Of a DNA stretch of 64,000 nt, positions 59,176 through 64,000 are shown one piece after another. Position 1 is the first letter of the stretch. Each line of letters starts with the position of its first letter. The notes under the pieces are model-generated. The model made no database searches. It saw only the letters and a list, made by a program, of their open reading frames with translations, and had not been told where the DNA came from. The DNA comes from Spirochaetia bacterium. Lineage in GTDB: Bacteria > Spirochaetota > Spirochaetia > SZUA-6 > Bin103. The DNA is taken from contig CBDBDQ010000005.1 in assembly GCA_965203905.1 (NCBI GenBank), positions 5,824,001 through 5,888,000 of the forward strand, given 5' to 3'. The position numbers and the translations under genes were made by a program.

Positions 59176-60810
59176 GTGACTGGCTATGAAGTGATGGCGC
59201 GCGTGCTCGCCGCCGAGGGTGTAACGGATCTTTCCGCGTTCCCGATGCAGGAGTTGATCGAGACCGGTGCCCGCATCGGGATCCGTCCGATCATCTGCCG
59301 CCAGGAGCGGACCGGCGTCAACATCGCCGACGGCTACGCGCGGGTGACCAACGGCACCCGGCTCGGGGTGTTCACCATGCAGTACGGCCCCGGCGCCGAG
59401 AACGCGTTCGCGGGGGTGGCGCAGGCCTATGCCGACTCGGTGCCCCTGCTGCACCTGGCCGGCGGGGCGCCGACCAGCCGCCAGGGCGTGGCCCCCACCT
59501 TCGAGCCGGTGCGCGCCTACCGCTCGGTGACCAAGTGGGCGGCCCAGATCAGGGATGCGGCCGACGTCCCCGCCATGGTGCGGCGCGCGGTCGGGCAGCT
59601 CAAGCACGGGCGCCGCGGCCCGGTGCTGCTGGAGATGATCCACGATGCGATGCAGCGCGACTATCCCGGCGCCGAGGTCGACTACACCCCGGTGACGCCG
59701 CGACGCTCCGCGGCGGCGGGCGAGGATGTCCGCGACTTGGTCGCCGCCCTGCTGGCGGCGCGCAACCCGGTGCTGATCGCGGGACAGGGCGTCCTGTACG
59801 CCGAGGCGTGGGACGAGCTGGTCGCCTTCGCCGAATTGGCGCAGATCCCGGTGCTCACCACCCTGGCGGGCAAGAGCGCGTTCCCGGAGACCCACGCGCT
59901 GGCCCTCGGCACCGCCGGCCTGACCTACACCCTGATGGTGTCCCGGTTCCTCGCCGAGGCCGACTTGATCGTGGGTGTCGGCACCAGCTTCACCCGCAAT
60001 ACCTTCACCACCCCGATGCCGGACGGCGCCGCGCTGGCCCAGGTGACCAACTGCGGCGAGGACATCGGCAAGGATTATCCCGTGGCTCACGGGGCGGTGG
60101 GAGACGCCCGCCTGGTGCTGGACCAGATGCTGGAGGAGTACCGCCGCCAGGACGGCCGCAAGGTGCGCGGCGACGGCGGCGGGGCGGCGCAGCGGGTGGC
60201 CGCCGTCACGGCCGAGTTCGCGGCCCAGTGGGAGCCCGACTTCAGCTCCGACGAGGTGCCGATCAGTCCCTATCGCGTGATCCGGGAGCTGGAGCGGGCG
60301 TTCGCCGGGCAGAGCACCATCGTCACCCACGACTCCGGCTACCCGCGCGACCAGATGGTGCCGATGTGGAAGACGCTGGAGCCGCGCGGCTACCTGGGCT
60401 GGGGCAAGTCCACCCAGCTCGGCTACGGTCTGGGACTGGCGATCGGGGCCAAGCTGGCGGCGCCGGAGCGCAACGTCATCAACGTGATGGGAGAGGCCGC
60501 GTTCGGGATGTCGGGCCTGGACATCGAGACGGCGGTGCGTTCCGAGATACCGATCCTCACCGTGGTGCTCAACAACGGCGTGATGACCAAGTACGACCAC
60601 CACATGCCGGCCGCCACCGAGCGCTACGGCAGCAACCGGCTGGGGGGAAACTACGCGGCGGTCGCCGCGGCGCTCGGGGCACACGCGCAACGGGTGGAAG
60701 CTCCGGATGAGCTGGGCCCCGCTCTGGCGCGCGCCCAGGCCGCCAACCGCGAGGGACAGACCGCCCTGGTGGAGGTGCTGAGCAAGGCCGAACCGCGCGT
60801 CGCGCCGTGA
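59176..60810 (+). CDS. Thiamine pyrophosphate-dependent enzyme (acetolactate-synthase-like)
   Basis: RQERTG..IADGYAR, QYGPGAEN, GKSAFPE.H.LALG, MGEAAFGM...VLNNG. Confidence 0.9.
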   Translation: MTGYEVMARVLAAEGVTDLSAFPMQELIETGARIGIRPIICRQERTGVNIADGYARVTNGTRLGVFTMQYGPGAENAFAGVAQAYADSVPLLHLAGGAPTSRQGVAPTFEPVRAYRSVTKWAAQIRDAADVPAMVRRAVGQLKHGRRGPVLLEMIHDAMQRDYPGAEVDYTPVTPRRSAAAGEDVRDLVAALLAARNPVLIAGQGVLYAEAWDELVAFAELAQIPVLTTLAGKSAFPETHALALGTAGLTYTLMVSRFLAEADLIVGVGTSFTRNTFTTPMPDGAALAQVTNCGEDIGKDYPVAHGAVGDARLVLDQMLEEYRRQDGRKVRGDGGGAAQRVAAVTAEFAAQWEPDFSSDEVPISPYRVIRELERAFAGQSTIVTHDSGYPRDQMVPMWKTLEPRGYLGWGKSTQLGYGLGLAIGAKLAAPERNVINVMGEAAFGMSGLDIETAVRSEIPILTVVLNNGVMTKYDHHMPAATERYGSNRLGGNYAAVAAALGAHAQRVEAPDELGPALARAQAANREGQTALVEVLSKAEPRVAP

Positions 60811-60982
60811 GCGGCGGACGCCACTCTGCGTGGCGGTAACGGCAGCCTGGCCACAGCCGCAGGGACACCCGCAACGGGGACCGTGCGACACCTCCGCGGC
60901 ACTGCGGAGCCCCGAGACGGCGCCGTATCCGGCGCCGATTGCCTGCGGAATCAGGCCGATCGAGTACGCCCCGAGGTGCGCG

Positions 60983-62083
60983 TCACCCCACGTGGACTGA
61001 TGAAGGTGCCACGTCTCGGACTTTCTCGGCAACGATATAGAAATTGATCGAGAGCAGTTGCAGCCGGTCGACCTCGTACCAGGCCTCGCCGCCAGCATTC
61101 AGTCGGTCCAACATCATGGCCCAGTGGCGCGGCAGAATATGCCACTTCGAGAGTCGCGATATCCACCTGCCAAGTGCCTTGTAGTGGCGATTCAAGTACC
61201 CGTACAGTACCACGCTGTTGCTGTTGTCGTTGCTGCTGGCATCCAGGTCCTCCGCGTGGACGATCTCGAAACCCGAGTCCTGCAACCACTGCAAGTACTC
61301 GGTGGCGAGTGGTGAATACAGTATCGTCAACAGCGGTTTGGTCTTTACCACCAGCTCCCGGTGCGCCTGATTGTTTCGGTCATAGTGCGGGTTACGAACG
61401 CAACCCAGTATCACAAAACGCCCACCGACACTCAGGAGACGATTGACATGAGCGAAGTAGAGTGGCTTGTTGTGGGCGTAGTTCAGCGATTGAATCTGGT
61501 AGGCCGCAGAAAATTCTCTGTCTGAAAAAGAGTCGAATGTCTCTGCCAGGTTGAAATCACCGAGGAGGAAGCGATTGGGAGTCTTGCTGTTGCTGGCAAG
61601 ATCCTGCGCGATCTCGACCTGGACCGGATCGATGTTGATCCCACACACCGTACAGCCGGTCTGTTGGTACACGTTGATCGCCACGAGGCCCCGACCACAG
61701 CCCAGGTCCAATACTCTGCTGTCGGCGTTCAGGACCGGACGCAACGCCGCGATGACCTTGTCCTCAAGCAGTGCCTGGTTCTTCAACAACGATCCGTTCC
61801 GGTCCAGGAGCGGGGGCAAGTACATCTTGTCGACCTGTCCAAGAGCGCACAGGAAATTCAATACCCGATACAGGTCACGGAGACATTTCTGATAGAACTG
61901 TAGGTGTCCTGGGCCGAATTCCTCCCTCATTTCTTCCTCGGAAATGAAGTCATGCGAGAGCATGTCGTACGACCGTATGTAGTCGTATATGGCTTCTCTG
62001 GGCATACGAAGCAGTCGATAAATCGTCTGAATTACGGTGATTATTCTCTTCACGATGATGCGTCCTGGCGGGTCCGACTGCAT
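60983..62083 (-). CDS. SAM methyltransferase resembling sterol C24-methyltransferase-like proteins
   Basis: VLDLGCGRG, VCGINID..Q, GDFN, AAYQIQ, LSVGGRF; visibly lower GC than its flanks. Confidence 0.75.
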   Translation of the reverse strand: MQSDPPGRIIVKRIITVIQTIYRLLRMPREAIYDYIRSYDMLSHDFISEEEMREEFGPGHLQFYQKCLRDLYRVLNFLCALGQVDKMYLPPLLDRNGSLLKNQALLEDKVIAALRPVLNADSRVLDLGCGRGLVAINVYQQTGCTVCGINIDPVQVEIAQDLASNSKTPNRFLLGDFNLAETFDSFSDREFSAAYQIQSLNYAHNKPLYFAHVNRLLSVGGRFVILGCVRNPHYDRNNQAHRELVVKTKPLLTILYSPLATEYLQWLQDSGFEIVHAEDLDASSNDNSNSVVLYGYLNRHYKALGRWISRLSKWHILPRHWAMMLDRLNAGGEAWYEVDRLQLLSINFYIVAEKVRDVAPSSVHVG

Positions 62084-62150
62084 ATTGTAACATACGGTCG
62101 GGAACCGTGTCTCGCTGCGGTCGGCAGCCAGCAGATCGTGCTGTGAGGTA

Positions 62151-63368
62151 TCAGTTCGCGGCGGCGGATTCCGTGCCGGTGGCCAGGCGCAGCACCACCC
62201 GGCAGGCCAGCTCGAAGTCGTCCAAGTCCAGGGTCTCGTTCACCGTGTGGGCGTTGCGCTGGCCGACCCCCATGGTGACCGTCGGCAGGCCGCGCGCGGT
62301 GAGGGAGTTTGCGTCCAGGCCACCGTCGGCGATGCGGTACTCGGGGCGGTGGCCGGCCGCCTCCACGGCTGCCGCGGCCGCCACCACGCACGCCTCGTCC
62401 AGAGTCAGCTTGAACGACTCGTAGTCCTGGCTGGCGACCACCTTGACCCGACCGGTCACCCCTTCGCTGCTGATCACCTTGGAGGCGGCGCGGCGGAAGG
62501 CGAGATCGATCTCGCGCACGATGCGCTTGCGGAAGGCCGGGTCGTGACTGCGCGCTTCGGCGCGTATCGTGGCTCGCTCCGTAACCACGTTGGTGGCCTC
62601 GCCGGCATGGATCACGCCCACGTTGCTGGTGCCGCTGTTGCCTTCCCGCTCGATCTTGCCGTGCCAGCCGCTGCGATCCAGGTCGGCAATGGCGCGTGCC
62701 GCGATGGCGATGGCGCTCACGCCGCGCTCCGGGGCGGTGCCGGCGTGACTGGCCACGCCCCCCACCTCGATCTGCAGGCGGTAGGCACCGGTGGCGCCGA
62801 CCACCAGGCTCGCGGCGCTGCCCCCGTCCCAGTTGAAGGCCAGCCGCGGATTGCCCAGGAACGCCTTCGACACGCGCTGCGAGCCGTGCAGGCCGACTTC
62901 CTCCTGCACGAACCAGCAGAACGTGACTGGCGGGTGCGGCAACCCGCGCTCGGTGATCTCCAGCGCCGCGGCCAGCAACGCGGCACAGGCGGCGCGGTTG
63001 TCGGCCCCGAGGCCGGTGTCGCGTCCCGCCGCGCGCACCGTTCGGCCGCGCAGCACCGGCTTGCTGCCGACACAGATCGGCACCGTGTCGAGATGCCCCG
63101 CCAGCAGCCGCCGCGGTCCCCGGCGCGTACCCGGAAGCTTGAGCACCAGGTTGCCGGTGTCGCCGCGCAGTGGCGTGCGCTGGTGAGCCTTGTCGGTGGC
63201 GACCAGCTCCGCGGCGACTCCGGCGTCCTGAAGCTGGCGCGTGATGTAGTCGGCGACTCCCGCCTCCTCTCCGCTCTTGCCGGCAATCGCCATCAACTCC
63301 AGGGCCAGCCGCCGCGCCCGCGCCAGGTCGGGCTGCGGAGCCGTCAGGGCAGCGTCACTTGCACTCAT
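62151..63368 (-). CDS. M20 metallopeptidase (peptidase T-like)
   Basis: GHLDTV, LGADNR, QEEVGL, SHAG.APE.G, GGLDAN, AHTVNE. Confidence 0.9.
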   Translation of the reverse strand: MSASDAALTAPQPDLARARRLALELMAIAGKSGEEAGVADYITRQLQDAGVAAELVATDKAHQRTPLRGDTGNLVLKLPGTRRGPRRLLAGHLDTVPICVGSKPVLRGRTVRAAGRDTGLGADNRAACAALLAAALEITERGLPHPPVTFCWFVQEEVGLHGSQRVSKAFLGNPRLAFNWDGGSAASLVVGATGAYRLQIEVGGVASHAGTAPERGVSAIAIAARAIADLDRSGWHGKIEREGNSGTSNVGVIHAGEATNVVTERATIRAEARSHDPAFRKRIVREIDLAFRRAASKVISSEGVTGRVKVVASQDYESFKLTLDEACVVAAAAAVEAAGHRPEYRIADGGLDANSLTARGLPTVTMGVGQRNAHTVNETLDLDDFELACRVVLRLATGTESAAAN

Positions 63369-64000
63369 CGGCTCAGGCTTGCCGGCTGCGGCGCGGTCAT
63401 TGGCACCGCGGCGTGGTATTGGTACGTGGGATCCACCTTCTGCCGGCGCAGAATCGCTATGATGCCGCTCCAGGTCGCGATCAGCCCGCGTGGACTCGGC
63501 GGCAAGTCGTGACGAATCAGCCGGTGCAGACGCCCCAGCCGGTAGCACGGGACCGCGGCGTACATGTGGTGCTCGATGTGGAAGTTCATATGCCAGTAAA
63601 GGAAGCGCAGGATCGGGTTGAGCATGATGGTACGGGTGGAGAAGCGGAAGTCGGCCACGTTGTCGCGCAGTCCCACGTGCTGCGCCGCGTTGCACAGGTA
63701 CTGCACACCGCCGGCGTAGAAGCGTGAGAAGGTGGTGACCAGCGGCACCGCCCACCACCCGAGTGCGAGGCAGATCACGACGATGGCGCCGTGGCCCAGA
63801 AACAGGATGCGGGCCCAGTTGAACAGCCGGCGGCGCTGTGCCGGATCCGACTCCGGAAACAGGTGGCTCTCCCACTCCCCCTGCACCCGGCCAAAGCACC
63901 AGCGCAGATTGCTTTGCGCCGTTTTCACGATCCCCAGGACGTCGACCGCCGCCAGGCGCAGAAACGTGCGCAGGGTGATGCGGGTGGGCAGCACCACCTC
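63365..64000 (-). CDS. Fatty acid desaturase-family protein (3' part; starts beyond window)
   Basis: AQHVG, YWHMNFHIEHHMYAAVP His box; ATGA overlap with the peptidase. Confidence 0.85.
   Translation of the reverse strand, partial: EVVLPTRITLRTFLRLAAVDVLGIVKTAQSNLRWCFGRVQGEWESHLFPESDPAQRRRLFNWARILFLGHGAIVVICLALGWWAVPLVTTFSRFYAGGVQYLCNAAQHVGLRDNVADFRFSTRTIMLNPILRFLYWHMNFHIEHHMYAAVPCYRLGRLHRLIRHDLPPSPRGLIATWSGIIAILRRQKVDPTYQYHAAVPMTAPQPASLSR

Noticed and set aside
60811-60982. Several GC hairpins between convergent genes
   Set aside because: No U-tract and no repeated unit; expected at this GC content
1-64000. CRISPR arrays, tRNA/rRNA genes, integrases, reverse transcriptases
   Set aside because: None recognised by eye; short RNAs could be missed without tRNAscan-SE or Infernal

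Overview
Bacterial chromosomal window. The backbone is very GC-rich (about 68-72% by eye) and carries catabolic and transport genes: a Gfo/Idh/MocA oxidoreductase, cupins, a PhyH-family Fe/2OG enzyme, a sulfatase, GH4, GH32, GH95, BNR/sialidase-like proteins, three CUT1 sugar-ABC loci, an Fe3+ ABC permease and ATPase, ferritin, YcgR/YcgQ permeases, tandem FAD oxidoreductases, a TPP enzyme, an M20 peptidase and a desaturase. A visibly lower-GC island of about 21 kb (about 4.8-26.2 kb) is bracketed by a diverged direct repeat of about 970 bp (methyltransferase plus the 5' end of PhyH). The island holds a triplicated sugar-ABC cassette with different cargo genes, an AAC(3)-ceramidase-like fusion and much IS debris. 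Also present: an intact ISAzo13-family IS, three toxin-antitoxin modules (VapBC, ParDE, a frameshifted MenAT-like pair), a truncated recC, a lower-GC sterol-methyltransferase-like gene, and a compact HEPN gene followed by two paralogous ~70-aa proteins. This last cassette is the best candidate for an undescribed system. No rRNA, tRNA or CRISPR array was seen. The binding-protein N-termini and the host-glycan enzyme set suggest a GC-rich spirochaete or a host-associated symbiont; this is inference only. All family calls come from motif recognition, not database searches.
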